A DNA stretch of 64,000 nt from Leidyana gryllorum EB-2025a (GCA_048772705.1 JBLWGC010000204.1:1-64000), one strand, 5' to 3'. Positions 13,600 through 25,471 are shown, counted from the stretch's first letter. The notes: generated by a model not told the origin, from the letters alone. Numbers and translations are program-made.

Positions 13600-13761
13600 A
13601 TGCCAAGCGACCATATTTGGACCCAAATTCTGCTTTCCTACCGCTGTGGGAGCTGACAAGAGTGGCAGGAGTGTCTAAACAGGTCCACAATATTCTTCAC
13701 TCGGAGAGCTCCTTGTTAGTATCACAACGACTCATCCTCTCCGCGGCACAGTGGGCCTGGG
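13600..13761 (+). pseudogene. Truncated, frameshifted fourth copy of the F-box gene
   Basis: ATG at 13600; 1-nt deletion (CTGCTTTCC vs CTGTCTTTCC) at ~13633; sequence breaks off at ~13761. Confidence 0.85.
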
Positions 13762-15289
13762 CGCGCTGCAGGCTAGTCGGTTTGATGGTCCTCGCTCTTA
13801 TGTTCCACCCCTCGTGGGACAGGGAGCACTGCAGGATGGTGATTGATGTTAACCTTTATGTCTTCAGTCGGTGCGTTCTTTTTTGTGTTCAGTACCATCA
13901 GAGCTCGGTCGCGGAATGACCCTGGACAGTACGTATTCCCTTTCTGGCGGGCAGCGGCTCAGACGCAATGTTGGACGGCTGGAACGGGCCCACCAAGTGG
14001 CTGTGTGTCGCATCCGGCCGAGACACGTCGAACACCTATTGTAGGCGCACCGGCATGAGGTGCTTCTGGGACAACGGATCTCGGACAGAAGTGCGAGCGG
14101 AGGCTCCGAGAGCTTGTAGGCAGAACGGGTTTGCGTGCACTCAGCACATCCTGTCAGAAGAAAGCGCTTAAGCGTTGTAGTTAGGCCACGTTACGCCAGA
14201 TATTCTTCCCAAACTTGTTTGGAGCCACGAGTAGGACTTGAGCTGGTGAGAGTGAAGCAGGCAAACATTACAAACGGATGGCGGTGGTGAGTCGGAGGTC
14301 ACAAAGCTCAAGTAACTCACGACAAGTGTCGCACGAGTAGCTCTCGGCTCAGCCACTTCGAGTAGAAGGTGACATCAGGCATTGGGGTCTTCATCGGCTC
14401 CGCAAATGTATTTCCCATCCTGAGGAACCCCATCCGGCCAACTGGTTGCACCGCATATGCGAGGGACAGGCACAAGGTCTGTTGACGCAGCCGCTCTTTC
14501 AACCAGTGAACGATAGAGGGAGCTGATCGTATTACAAGTTGTGCTCTCAGAGAGTTCGGGTGAAGACACAGTAATGGGTTCGGAGTGTGGTGTAAAGATG
14601 GTGGTGTCAATCGTTTATCACACGCATGGAGGGGAGGTTTCCGGTTGATACCAACTGCAGTCCGGGCGAAACTACACTCTTGCACAATTAGAGCGGGACT
14701 AATTGCTTCCCACAGACTGCGAGCCACAGGGAGCAGCCGCGCAGAAACCTCAAATAACGGGAGGAATAAGTGTGGCGGGTGACAGAGTGGTTGGATAGAG
14801 CGGAGACAGAGCTCCCAGCCCTTACGCTTAATTTCTGCGCAGTGAGTTTTGATCTCGTCAGTCCCTGACCAGCAGGTTGGAGCTTGTGATGCATCATCGT
14901 GTAGGTGCTAGACGAAGTGCACGCATGTGGCATTCACGAGAATCCCATTTGGTCAAGCAACACAAATATGAGTGACAAAGTTGTTGAATATCTCAACAAT
15001 TCTCTATGTCACTAGAGAAAGAACTTTTTCATTTTACAACTGATCTGAGCTGTGAGGCTCGAGGAGTGATTATTTCAGATCGGACTCTGACCAATGTACC
15101 TCGTGTGCGACACACACACGCTGTTGTCCCAACTGCATTTGTGGGGTGAAGGATGTGTGTCACCTCACGTAATCTGAGGTCACCGGATTCTCGCTCGCCA
15201 CCGTAGACTGTGGTGCGATTGGAATGATCTAACGAGACCATCAACCCAGAGCCTCCCGATAGGCTGTGAGTTGGCATTCTGGATGGATG

Positions 15290-15670
15290 TGCCCAAGTTG
15301 CCACCCGATAGGAACGGGAAGTGAGGCTGCCACCGGGCTTAGCCACAACCCGATAGTGGTCAGCTTCTTTTAGTGTCGATGCATCCATCAGATACTCGCC
15401 ATCATAGACATGGACAGCCCAGCCAACCCAGCAACTCACGGTTCAACCTGGGGGGGGTATCGGGTGCCCAAGTTGGAAATCACACTCGGGCACCCGATAG
15501 TGAGGGTCGGTCGAATCGCACAATGTCTGCATTGTCGAGTGTCTGAAAGTACCCAAACCCCTTTACTATCGGGTGTCCAGTTGTGGTTCTGTCATGTGGG
15601 CACCCGATAGTACCAAACCCCCACACTATCGGGTGGGGCCCAACTTTGGCACCCGATAGTGCGGTGACGG
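15290..15670. repeat. Array of alternating inverted 10-mers (CACCCGATAG / CTATCGGGTG)
   Basis: Copies, some 9/10 matches, at ~15302(+), 15348(+), 15458(-), 15491(+), 15566(-), 15601(+), 15626(-), 15650(+). Confidence 0.85.
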
Positions 15671-15738
15671 TGCGGGTTCTAAAGTGTCACTGCATTCCGG
15701 TTGGATTTATGAATATATATAAGTTTTGTTCTATCTAA

Positions 15739-17151
15739 CTAAACGTTTATTGTGGTGAGATCTTCGAGAAGACGGCTTGCCGTTTTTGTACGATTGGATT
15801 CAATGTGAGATTGATGTTCCTGATAGAATGTTCGGGCATTCTTGAGGATATCGGGGTCGTTCATGCACCGTGAAAGTCGCTCGATTAACGTTTCACGATG
15901 CAACTCATTGGGTCCGTCGTCTTTGTGGGTCCAAAGATTGATGCCCACCTTCCACACCTTCTCTGCCAATTCGGCGTTCATGTGTTGGTCCGCGGCGACT
16001 GGGAGGAAGGCCAACGGGGCGGGGGTCAAAGACATTCCCTCGGACATACTGTTCCATCCACAGTGGGTGACGAACAATCGGATGGCGTGATGGGAGAGCA
16101 CAGCTCTCTGGTTGACCCACGGAGCTATACAGCATCGGTGTCCGAGTCGCTCCCTGAAACCAACCGGAAGGCCGTGAGCATCGGTTTCGCAGGGCGGTGG
16201 GCGTAGTGTCTCTGTGTGTTCCGCCTCCCTTTTCTCCTGATCGTTCCGATTCCTAAAGTAGAAGCCTCGTTCGCGGCAGGCCCACAGGAACGGCTGGCCA
16301 GTGGCTTCCAGTGCTTCAGCCAACTGCACATTGTCACACAGACTCAGATCCGCCCACGAGCCCAGAGCGATATAAATGACGCTGTTGGGCTGTTGCTGAT
16401 CCAGCCACGACAAGACTGGATCATTGGCATGCGAGGCTGAGTCCGGCGGCGGCGTTTCGAGATAGTCGTTGAGATAGCCCAATGCGTGTATGCCGCCTTT
16501 GGGCTGCAACGCCGTCGAGGTCAGTATATCGGTTTCGACGGTGTTTTTCAGCTCGAGGAACCCAGGCTCGCATGGGCTCTCATTGACGATGAGACTGCAA
16601 GTACTCGAGATTAGCTGACGTGCATGCTGGAAGAAACCCATCAACACGGGATCGTCTGGGAGGTCCGGAACGTTGACCGTCCCGAGCTTGCCGATGCCCG
16701 GGACGTGCAACTCCTCTCTCTTTCCGAATCCTTGCCACATCAGGTAGAAGCAGTACAGCGGGGAAGGGAAGAAGCAATAGTGTTTCACATTCAGTGTCTC
16801 CGCCACTCCTCGGGCCCATGTCGCGAAGGGGTCGTGGATGATAGCCCGCAAATCGAGCTTAGCGGCCTGCACTAACCCACAGTCGACCAGTGCCACACGA
16901 TTTTCGTGCAGCCATTCGAATTGTTTGTGATTCTGACGCCCCGCCATCACCTCCTTGGGTAAATCGACGGGCAAAATCTTAACGTGGGGGAACTCGTCCG
17001 TAGGAAGAACATTCCCGGGCGCCAACGATACCATCAGATGCGGTCGCAGAAGCCCATTACTGTAGCGGTGCAGAATTTCTCCAATTGCCATCATAGGACG
17101 GAAGTGGCCGTGGCCGTCAATGGTACACAAAAGAACATCAACTCCAGACAT
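15739..17151 (-). CDS. Family-1 UDP-glycosyltransferase, plant-type PSPG box, intronless
   Basis: GHGHFRP catalytic His region; WLDQQQPNSVIYIALGS; PSPG box WVNQRAVLSHHAIRLFVTHCGWNSMSEG...PVAADQ; 470 aa. Confidence 0.93.
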   Translation of the reverse strand: MSGVDVLLCTIDGHGHFRPMMAIGEILHRYSNGLLRPHLMVSLAPGNVLPTDEFPHVKILPVDLPKEVMAGRQNHKQFEWLHENRVALVDCGLVQAAKLDLRAIIHDPFATWARGVAETLNVKHYCFFPSPLYCFYLMWQGFGKREELHVPGIGKLGTVNVPDLPDDPVLMGFFQHARQLISSTCSLIVNESPCEPGFLELKNTVETDILTSTALQPKGGIHALGYLNDYLETPPPDSASHANDPVLSWLDQQQPNSVIYIALGSWADLSLCDNVQLAEALEATGQPFLWACRERGFYFRNRNDQEKREAEHTETLRPPPCETDAHGLPVGFRERLGHRCCIAPWVNQRAVLSHHAIRLFVTHCGWNSMSEGMSLTPAPLAFLPVAADQHMNAELAEKVWKVGINLWTHKDDGPNELHRETLIERLSRCMNDPDILKNARTFYQEHQSHIESNRTKTASRLLEDLTTINV

Positions 17152-17689
17152 TGTCCGTGTGTGAGATTGAATATATATATCGTTTCTGTGTGGAATGCAA
17201 AGGAGACGGCGTCTCCTTTTGGTTGATGAATCGGTGCGTCCGTCCGTCTGTCTGTCTCTGAGAGAGACTCACTGCCGTCTCAAGAATGAGCGTTAAGATC
17301 GCTTGAGATTGACTGTCAATCGCGATCTTTGAGTTTGAGCGAGTTTACTTTTGATACACAGACAGATCGATCGTTACAGTGCAACATGAAATCTATAGCA
17401 GTGCTACCATTATCGTCGTTTGTTTTGTTTGCCCACTCTGTACCTTCGACTGAGCACCTTTCGACATGTCGGACGTACTATAATAGACTCAGGCACGTAT
17501 TAAACATTCCAGACAGAGAAATAATCGCAGAGTGGGCGGCCCCTTCTGGCTGTCTTGAGACATTCTCAAAGCGACCAGGGAGAAAAGACACAGGCTACAC
17601 CCCGAAAGACTTCGGCTGTACGTAACGAAGATTGACCAAAAAGAGAACAGTTAGACCTGGGATCTGAGATGATAAGGATAAATGGACAT

Positions 17690-18589
17690 TTACTCTTCGT
17701 CAACAATGACGCGGAGGTTCTTGGGCATCTGATCAATGTGGATGAGAACGGCATCAGCTTCAGCATCGCAGTGCTCGCCGTTGCAGCAGTTCTCGCCAAC
17801 GCATCCACCGTCACAACGCTCGCCGTCGCAGTCGTTGTTAAGCACAGCTGAGATGGCAGAGGTCAGGGCGTTGCGCACGTTGCGGCTGTCCTCCTCGATC
17901 TTCCAGACAACACCGTTGTTGCCGAGGTCGCGGACGAGACGGCGGTAGATGGGAGCCACGTCCGCGGTCACCAGGAACACCGGGGTGATCTTGCGGGCAT
18001 CGAGCGCCTCCTTGACTTGTTCAACGCTGGGATAGTCTTCGCCCAAACAGTCAGCAACACCGTCACCGTTGTTCGCCGTCAGCTCAGAGTCTCCGGCTTG
18101 GTGGAACCCGGCGTCAGTAACGACCACCATGAGACGGTGGATCAGGTATCCGTTCGGGGTCTCGTCGGTTTCGCTCCAGTTGGTGTCGTTCGAGCGAGCG
18201 GCAGAGAGCATCGCTTGGAGCTGAGACTCGGGCCAGTCGCCACCGGAGTGGATCTTGGCGGCGTTGAAGGACTCGCGCAGACGAGAGGTGTAGCGAGTGA
18301 GTTTGTACCTGAGCTGATAGCAGTAGTCTTTGGACACCTCGTATCCGAATTTGTCAAGCGGCTTGTCAGTGAAACCAGCGAGCCCGAAACGAGAATGCGG
18401 GAACGTCCATTTGAGCTCTTCGATGGCATCCGGAAACTGTTGACGCAGAGAGGGCAGGTCATTCTCGAAGGAGAGCGAAAAATCTTGAAGCCAAAGGAGA
18501 TCAAGGGTGTGGTAGTAAGGGGCCAGCCCGAATGGGTGAGCGTCAATGAGGCCAGCGGCGAGGAAAACGGCGCAAAGTGACTTGAACAT
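17690..18589 (-). CDS. Secreted integrin-beta I-like (vWA) domain protein
   Basis: Signal-like MFKSLCAVFLAAGLIDA from ATG 18589; MIDAS DFSLS; FTDKP, GGDWPES, VVTDAGFHQAGD, DYPSV; Cys-rich tail; no TM segment. Confidence 0.88.
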   Translation of the reverse strand: MFKSLCAVFLAAGLIDAHPFGLAPYYHTLDLLWLQDFSLSFENDLPSLRQQFPDAIEELKWTFPHSRFGLAGFTDKPLDKFGYEVSKDYCYQLRYKLTRYTSRLRESFNAAKIHSGGDWPESQLQAMLSAARSNDTNWSETDETPNGYLIHRLMVVVTDAGFHQAGDSELTANNGDGVADCLGEDYPSVEQVKEALDARKITPVFLVTADVAPIYRRLVRDLGNNGVVWKIEEDSRNVRNALTSAISAVLNNDCDGERCDGGCVGENCCNGEHCDAEADAVLIHIDQMPKNLRVIVDEE

Positions 18590-19254
18590 TTCCAACAAGA
18601 ACGAATAAAAGTGTTGGTGAGAAAGAGAGGAGATGAGCTGTCTGATTTTGGTACCATTAGATTGGCGAGCATTACAAAGTCCCAACGCCCTGGGACAAGA
18701 TCTGTGTCACGGTGCATGTGTGTGTGAATTTGGGTTCCGCGATGGAAGGTGAGGAGAATACAGTCACGTGTTGTGAGAGCTTCAAAGCATCGGTGGTCGA
18801 CGGGTTATACACTTTGGCGCTGTTGCCGGTGACTTTACTGTTAGTTGTGGGACTGGGCGTTCAGATGGTGGGGTCGGCCGCACGAGATTGTGGGCAAGGA
18901 CTGAGGCGACGAGTGCGGTGGGGGTCGGTATCTTCCAAAAGTGACTGATGGCCAAGATATCTATCCTTCACCCTGGTTTCAATCCCAGAAGTGGAATCCC
19001 TACCTTCAACCCTCTACAGTTTATCTCTTCCGTTCTTGTTCGTTACTCCTGACTGACTGCACGCACGTATTCTAAAACTATCAGCCCGCGCGGGCGTGTC
19101 TCTGACCCACAAACTGACTCTCTGTCAACGCACAACTGTTGATCGATGTCAGATGCTTCGCTACTTAGGCTCTGATGGAAGCGAGAAATAGGACGCAGCG
19201 TCGACGGGAGGAGATTGGGGAGACTGGGAAGATTGCCAATTGGTTTTCTCTGTC

Positions 19255-19635
19255 TCACTCACTCACTCGCTCGCTTTCTCTCTCTCTCTCTCTCAAAATC
19301 TCTGACTGTCTCTCTCTGCCTCGTTTCGATCAGCCACACTCCTTCGAAGGTCGAAAGTATTGGCAACAACAACACCACATCACCAGACAGACACCACATG
19401 TAGACAGCGAGCGAAGGGTGCCGCCCGATTTATGATGTATTTGTTTGAAGTGGTCCATGAAGGAGCGTGAGGTGTGTAATATCACCGCACCACGCAAAAG
19501 GAGGGAACCTTCTCACACAAAACGCGAGAGGGACCTGTGTGGGTGTGTGTGGGGGTGTGTCAAGGGGTGTGAGAGAAGGTGTGTGAGAAATAGATGGATA
19601 GACAGACAGATGAATAGATAGATAGATAGATAGAA
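19255..19635. repeat. Microsatellite-rich intergenic stretch ((CT)n, GT-rich, (GATA)n)
   Basis: (CT)n at ~19277-19293; (GATA)n at ~19590-19633. Confidence 0.8.
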
Positions 19636-19724
19636 TGAGAATGAGTGAGAGAAGAGAGGACTAAAAATCCTATGCAGGTATACAGGAAGAGAGGTCTAGC
19701 ATTGGATGGTGACCTCCGACGATA

Positions 19725-20288
19725 TTACATCTCTCCACACTGGGAGATGATGACAGGCAGACGTGGTCGCTCAGTTCCAGCAAGACATGGCGTGTTCTCG
19801 ATCTTGCGAACCGTAAGAAGCGACTCATCGTTGAGTACTTGACCGAATACCACGTGTTTGTTATCCAACCAGGGAGCAGCGGCGCATGTGATGAAGAATT
19901 GGCATCCGTTAGTATTGGGTCCTGAATTAGCCATCGACAGCAATCCTGCCGATGAGTGCTTCAGCTCGAACGACTCGTCGTCAAATCGATCTCCGTAAAT
20001 CGAGACTCGTCCTGTACCGTCACCATTCAAAATGTCGCCACCTTGGACAACGAAATCTTTGATGATCCGGTGGAACGCGGCCCCTTTGTATCCCATCGGA
20101 GCGCGGGTACTTGAGTTTAGATGCTCGCCCGTACATAAGGCTCGAAAGTTCTCAGCCGTTCGTGGAGCGATATCCTTGAACAGCTCGATGTAGATACGGC
20201 CCATAGGGTGATCACCTATAGAAATATCGAGAAACACCACTGGGTTATTTGCATGTCTCTTCGGCTTGAACTCAGCTTTCAGAGCCAT
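19725..20288 (-). CDS. PPIH: Cyclophilin-type PPIase, cyclophilin H-like
   Basis: [61 protein letters not shown]-terminal ISQCGEM. Confidence 0.88.
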   Translation of the reverse strand: MALKAEFKPKRHANNPVVFLDISIGDHPMGRIYIELFKDIAPRTAENFRALCTGEHLNSSTRAPMGYKGAAFHRIIKDFVVQGGDILNGDGTGRVSIYGDRFDDESFELKHSSAGLLSMANSGPNTNGCQFFITCAAAPWLDNKHVVFGQVLNDESLLTVRKIENTPCLAGTERPRLPVIISQCGEM

Positions 20289-20436
20289 GACAAAGAAATT
20301 TTGCAGCGAGGAGCCGCCCAGCCCCTCCAGCTGCCAATAATACCCCGCCCACAAAGGACGTTGCAACATTGTGCTTGAAAATTCAGTAATAACATGCGCT
20401 GTTGACGCACTGTACAGGAAGAAGCGGCATTGTCTG

Positions 20437-21798
20437 TCACAACGTCACTTCTCCGCTCTCCCCTGTAGTCGAAGGCGGCACAGACCTCCGTAAACGATTA
20501 CTCCACCAGGCTTTCCGTGGGTGGGCAATCAGCGCCACAGCGCTGTTCTCAATGCCATCCCGTCCCTGCACAAAAACTGCTCTCAACAGCCAAACAACCC
20601 CTCCTCACCAGAACTGTAGGATACAGATATGGGCAAGGCTTGTATTTGCCCTCCACTATGAACTTGCACGGGTAAGTTCCGTCGGGCACATTGATGCTTG
20701 CTACAAACATCCTGCCCACACACCACGCTCACTCCCACACACAAATCTCGCCTCTCCTTACCGTCGCATCCGGCAGTAGCGTAAGCTTATTTCACGTTGC
20801 CAGGCAGGAATAGTGAAGCCGCCAATTACCTGCGCCACAAAGAGAGATCCGCCCATTTCACTCAGTTTCAAACTCACTTTCACGTCCAGCTTTTCCAGTT
20901 CCGCCTCGCTACGCTCCACCATTCCAGGCTCCCAGTAGGTGATTTTGCTCACGCAAACTTCTTCGAAAACAAATCGTCGAGTCCGATACCCTGATCACGA
21001 GGCAGAAAACCCATTCCACACCGCCACATCCTCGCTCCCACTCACCTCGCCAGACGCGTTGGATAATCAGAGCTGCTATTTGACGGACCTCAGCCAGAGC
21101 TTGAATCTGATATCATGACCAATCGAATAACCAATATGCGCTTCTCGTCTCCAGCTAACAAACACCGCCCCCCACCACACACACCAAGACACAGGTGAAG
21201 ACAAAGACAAAGACGAAGATGAGATAAGATCTCTCTCTCCATCACATCTCTGTGCAAAATGAACATTCACTTACCAATGAACGCAGCTCTTGACCTCGAT
21301 CACGTTGTCTTTCCCGCCACGCTTGAACAATGGATGTCTGCAATTTCCAGCATTATAGCAGGGGAGGAAGAAAGGAGGCAGAGGATGGCAAAGATGGAGG
21401 GCACGAAGGGAGGACAGCCTACTCACCACTGCTTGTTCGGGTGTGGGGCGTATTCTGGATGGGCGGCGACCTGCCCAAGCGCGACGCAAAGCAGTGACGG
21501 CCTGATCCTCCGTGCGCTGAGGAATATGGCCGAGGGATGCCGATCGTTGGAACGGCCCCCCGCCCTCGACAAAAGCTAAGCGCAGTTTGGACCGACCGCT
21601 ACTCGACTGACGACAATACTGTGGGGGTATTACTGCCGAGTCGTCTTCTTCGCTAGCCGCGGTCGTTGCACTGGAGTCGGCAGCGAAAGGAAACATATCT
21701 TTGTAGGTTCGATGTCTTGGGGAGGACCGCACAGAGGTGCGGTAAAACCCCCAAGCAAAAGGGTCTGCTACAGGACTCAAGCACTTGGTGGTCGTCAT
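20437..21798 (-). CDS. Multi-exon protein with IQ motif(s) and C-terminal CBM48/AMPK-beta-type glycogen-binding domain; 5' end uncertain
   Basis: Manual splicing (introns 21274-21107, 21045-20991, 20761-20712, 20608-20566, plus one upstream) gives [16 protein letters not shown], then [11 protein letters not shown]...[16 protein letters not shown]...PTVLGRDGIEN. Confidence 0.72.
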
Positions 21799-22198
21799 GT
21801 TACCAAAAACACCACCTCACATAAATGCTACGTACAACCAAGGACAGCAGGCAGGAGTGTGCGGCTGTCACGTGAAAAAGGATCCATCACAGGTCGAAAA
21901 GCAGTCTTCTGGCTGCAATCTTCTTCTTCCCCCGTCTTTGAATCACGATCTCTCGTGTATCACTTTCAACGTCTTCCTGCTCTCGTCGCTGCAGTGATGC
22001 CATCACTGTACTCGCACTCAGATATGACACAGACGAGGCAGTATTGCGTCCCAAAGTACCACCCCCAACTCGCCTGCAACAAAGAATCATCTCACCCTCT
22101 CCGTCCAATTCGCACAACACACAGCCACCCTCGCCGGCATCACCACACGAGCCTCAACAACTTTCCCCCCCCAATAATCTTCGCATCAATCCGATCAC

Positions 22199-24595
22199 TT
22201 ACCAATTCCCAGCTAGAGGATCTCTGGGTGCCAGTGATGGAGCCGCTTTGGGTCTCACAGGACTTTCTAACAATGGGTAATGTTCTTGACCGAGGTCGCC
22301 GTTCTTAGCACGCTGCAAAAATGTTTGTCCACCTGCTGGACTCGCAGGAGGAGGGATGACCGGGGCGCTCTGCACGCCTGAACAACCGGCCAATGAAGGA
22401 AATTCGGCTGGGACGTCAAGATCTCTTGGCCTCGCGAGATTCATTCCACCGCCCAGCCCACTCGGTAGCTCAGTGTTGGCCGTCTTCTCTTGCTGCTCGC
22501 CGCCGCATAGGTCCAGAGAAAAGTACGTCCACTTACTATCTGTTTGGCATACTGCCTGTCCGTCTTCGCGCGCCGTTTCTCTTCGCGTCGAAATCGTGCA
22601 AACGCTTCAGTAAAGAGACTCTGGTAGGCTAAACGTGTAGACTCGCATAACACGCCGCTCAAGTCGGCGTCATAAAAGCTTATAGATAGACCAGATGGAA
22701 GGTGTGCCAAGAACGGGTATCTGGCCGCATCATGAGAGACTCTGGAAATCCTTACCGTGACTTCTTGTTGACTCGATCCAGTATCACGGACGAACCCAGA
22801 AGCAATCGTACATTCGATACAATAGGCATTAGATTACCGAAATTACCACCGGCTTGATGTAGCAACGCCTTGAGAAATAACGGATTTAGGAACACCAACT
22901 GTGTATCCCAACTTTGATAGAAATGGAAGCCTTCGTTCTTGTTGGTCACAAGCTCCGATACTTCCTTGATAGTCAGGTCCACAACTGGCGGAGTAGTGTT
23001 TACATTCGACCTGGATGCTGCAATCTGGACAAAATCGCGCCAAGCCTCCAAATTCCATACGAGCGGCCGGCTCGTCGCCAAGTCCTCCAACTGAAAACCG
23101 TCAATGACCACCCACCAGCCAACAGACTTACGATCTCCCAAGGAGCGTGCATGGGGCGACCCTGACAAGCTGCATCGAATTCGGCAACGGCTTCAGCTTC
23201 TAGGACCATTGCGTCGCCTTTCAGCTGGTCAGCCAATATATCCACTGCCTGCAGCGTGGCATCAGTCATCTCGCTCGCGTACCCAAACTCCACACACAAA
23301 CGTCGCTGATGAACTGCAATAGGAGGTGACAAAAAGTAGCTTTCAACTTGATCAATTCAAATGGGGCAGTGAGAGAGGAAGTGAGTGCGAAGACGAATCG
23401 TTGAAGTCGCTCTTCAAACTGATCCGTTGACCAGTCAGTCAGCTTGGCGATGAACATCCAACAGACGGCGAGACTGACGAACACAATATGTGTGTGCACA
23501 CGCATTGCCGTTGGAGACAGGGAGAAAGGGGGTGGGAGGTCGCCATCGTAGGCCGACCGGCTCATGGATCTGGCTGTGAAGGTGCTTACTGAGTCGTTTT
23601 AGCTCATCCCTGATGAATTTCGTTTCGTCTTCCAGGACTGTGATCCGGTCAAAGGGTGACGCGTCATCCACGGAAGTCGCAAGGGGGGTTTGCAGTTCGC
23701 GACTGCGATATATGTGTACAAAGGACCACTGCTCTTTATCGAGGACGTCATGGGGTTGGAAGCGCACTGGTCGTAGATCCTCCGAGAACAATGTCTCTGC
23801 ACACAACGGACACTTCGCAGGCTCCGTACGACCTTGACGCTCTTTTTCAGCCGCAAAGAACTGCAAGAGGCAAGTCCAACAATACACGTGACCACATCTT
23901 GTTATCCTTGGGCAAACTGCGAAAAAAGTAGCGATGAGGGCGGAATGGAAGAAGTCCGACGAGAGTGAGTCAGTCACTTTGCAGATTGATCGCACTGATC
24001 AGGGAAGCACTGACTAACTGACGAGACCCCCCTTCGCACAAAATCTAAGACTTACGGTGACACAATTCTAGACATATAGGACAGGTAGTGGGATCGCCAT
24101 AAACATCAGCAGCAATAACACTTGACCAATCAATGGGTTCATCTCCGTCTTTCATGAGTTCAGTGACATTGGGGCATTTCTTATTGACATATATTCGGCA
24201 AGCAGCCTGCCAGAACTTCTCCCTCAGTCGCGCTCCCTGGATGTCCTGACGTCGGTGCGGACGCGAGTATTGTGGCCGAGATCGAGACTGGAAGTTGGAT
24301 GATTTGAAGAGGTCGTGGGGGGATATCTCGGTGCCACGAGCTTTGCGTCCAGACTTCGGTTTCGGGTGGCTTGACGACGTCGGGACATTCTGGCTAGGAG
24401 AGTCTGGGGGGAGAGAAGCATTCGCCGCGGCGGCCTCTGACGTGGATGGGGCGATGGTAGGGGTTGGCTCCATGCTTGACGATGGAGCTGTTTGGTGGAT
24501 TGCATTGCACTGTTCGTGAGGTCTTGCTTGCTCATCCCCTGCTGACGCACTACTGCAAATTATTAAATACTTATTGAGACGCACCTCTGGTCCAT
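22199..24595 (-). CDS. RNF10/Mag2-like C3HC4 RING E3 ligase, multi-exon
   Basis: CPICLE | PRITRCGHVYCWTC...KCPLC...DLRPV; FYQSWDTQLVFLNPL; RYPFLAHLP; short introns between ORF pieces. Confidence 0.8.
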
Positions 24596-24640
24596 GCTCA
24601 GCAACTTCGTTTATATGGGTCCAAAAAGCTACAGAAAAGT

Positions 24641-25471
24641 CTAAACGCTCGGTGGGGGCCTGACCATGATCCAGAACACTAAGTCGGTGTCCGGAACTGC
24701 ATACTCGGCCACCAGTTCGAACCCAAACTTGCGATATATGGCCACGTTCTTCTCAAGTGAGGTGTGTAGGTGGACTGGCAACTTGCCTCCCCCGTGCTGC
24801 AACACAGTTAAGAAACACATCGCCGCCACGCCACAGTGAAGCACATTTTAGTGAAGCGTCGACCGCTAGTGCTCCGGCGGGCGCACTTGCTGTCCCTCAT
24901 CGACTTTCGACGAACACTCCCTCTCCAGTTCGGCGCACGGACAATGGACACAGCGACGAACACGTACCTCGTCGATGCGACGCAGAGCTTCCGCGAATAA
25001 GGCCTTCCCCAGGCCCTTGCCCTGGTGCTCAGGGTGCACAGCGAGGAACCCTAACCTAGCATATGGTCCCTCAATAGTCCAGATATTATGGAGATTCTTC
25101 TCGATCTCGAGGTAAGCGGGTCCATAAATTCCTTGGGCCCGCGCAAGTCCCTCCATATCCATTTGTGGTTCGTCGTACCACCAGAACGCTACACCCGAAC
25201 AGTCATCAGAGACAAGACTCTGTCCAGTGTTGATACCACCATGAGCAAAGATTCGACTCATCTCAGTATGAGCCCTCTTACGATCTGGGGGATCGAGGTT
25301 CTGCAGCGTATAGTTCTCATATGGATAGTCGTAGAACGCGCGATGCAAAGTTTCTGTCACAGCGGCCATGTCGTCTTGGGTGGCAGCGCGAAGAGAAACT
25401 CGGTTCTTCGGCTGCTGCCGCCCTATACCTATTGAATTGGCCTTGTTCACCTGCGCAGTATCTGTTATCAT
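24641..25471 (-). CDS. GNAT acetyltransferase 1 (intron 24967-24797)
   Basis: Motif A FLAVHPEHQGKGLGKAL; motif B LHTSLEKNVAIYRKFGF. Confidence 0.88.

Larger units (their letters stand above)
1..13761 (+). repeat. Tandem segmental array, ~4.1-kb unit, ~3.3 copies (probably continues left of window)
   Basis: CTGAGTGTATTCACTTCAT recurs at 1, 4104, 8286 and 12342. Units are colinear and near-identical. Similarity stops abruptly after ...GTGGGCCTGGG at ~13761. Confidence 0.97.

Noticed and set aside
1-13761. Array as integrated virus, LTR element or two-gene toxin-antidote cassette
   Set aside because: No RT, integrase, transposase, capsid or terminal-repeat signature was recognised, and the two ORFs are better explained as exons of one gene.
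15290-15670. CRISPR array
   Set aside because: Repeats are only ~10 bp, alternate in orientation, have irregular spacing and no cas genes.
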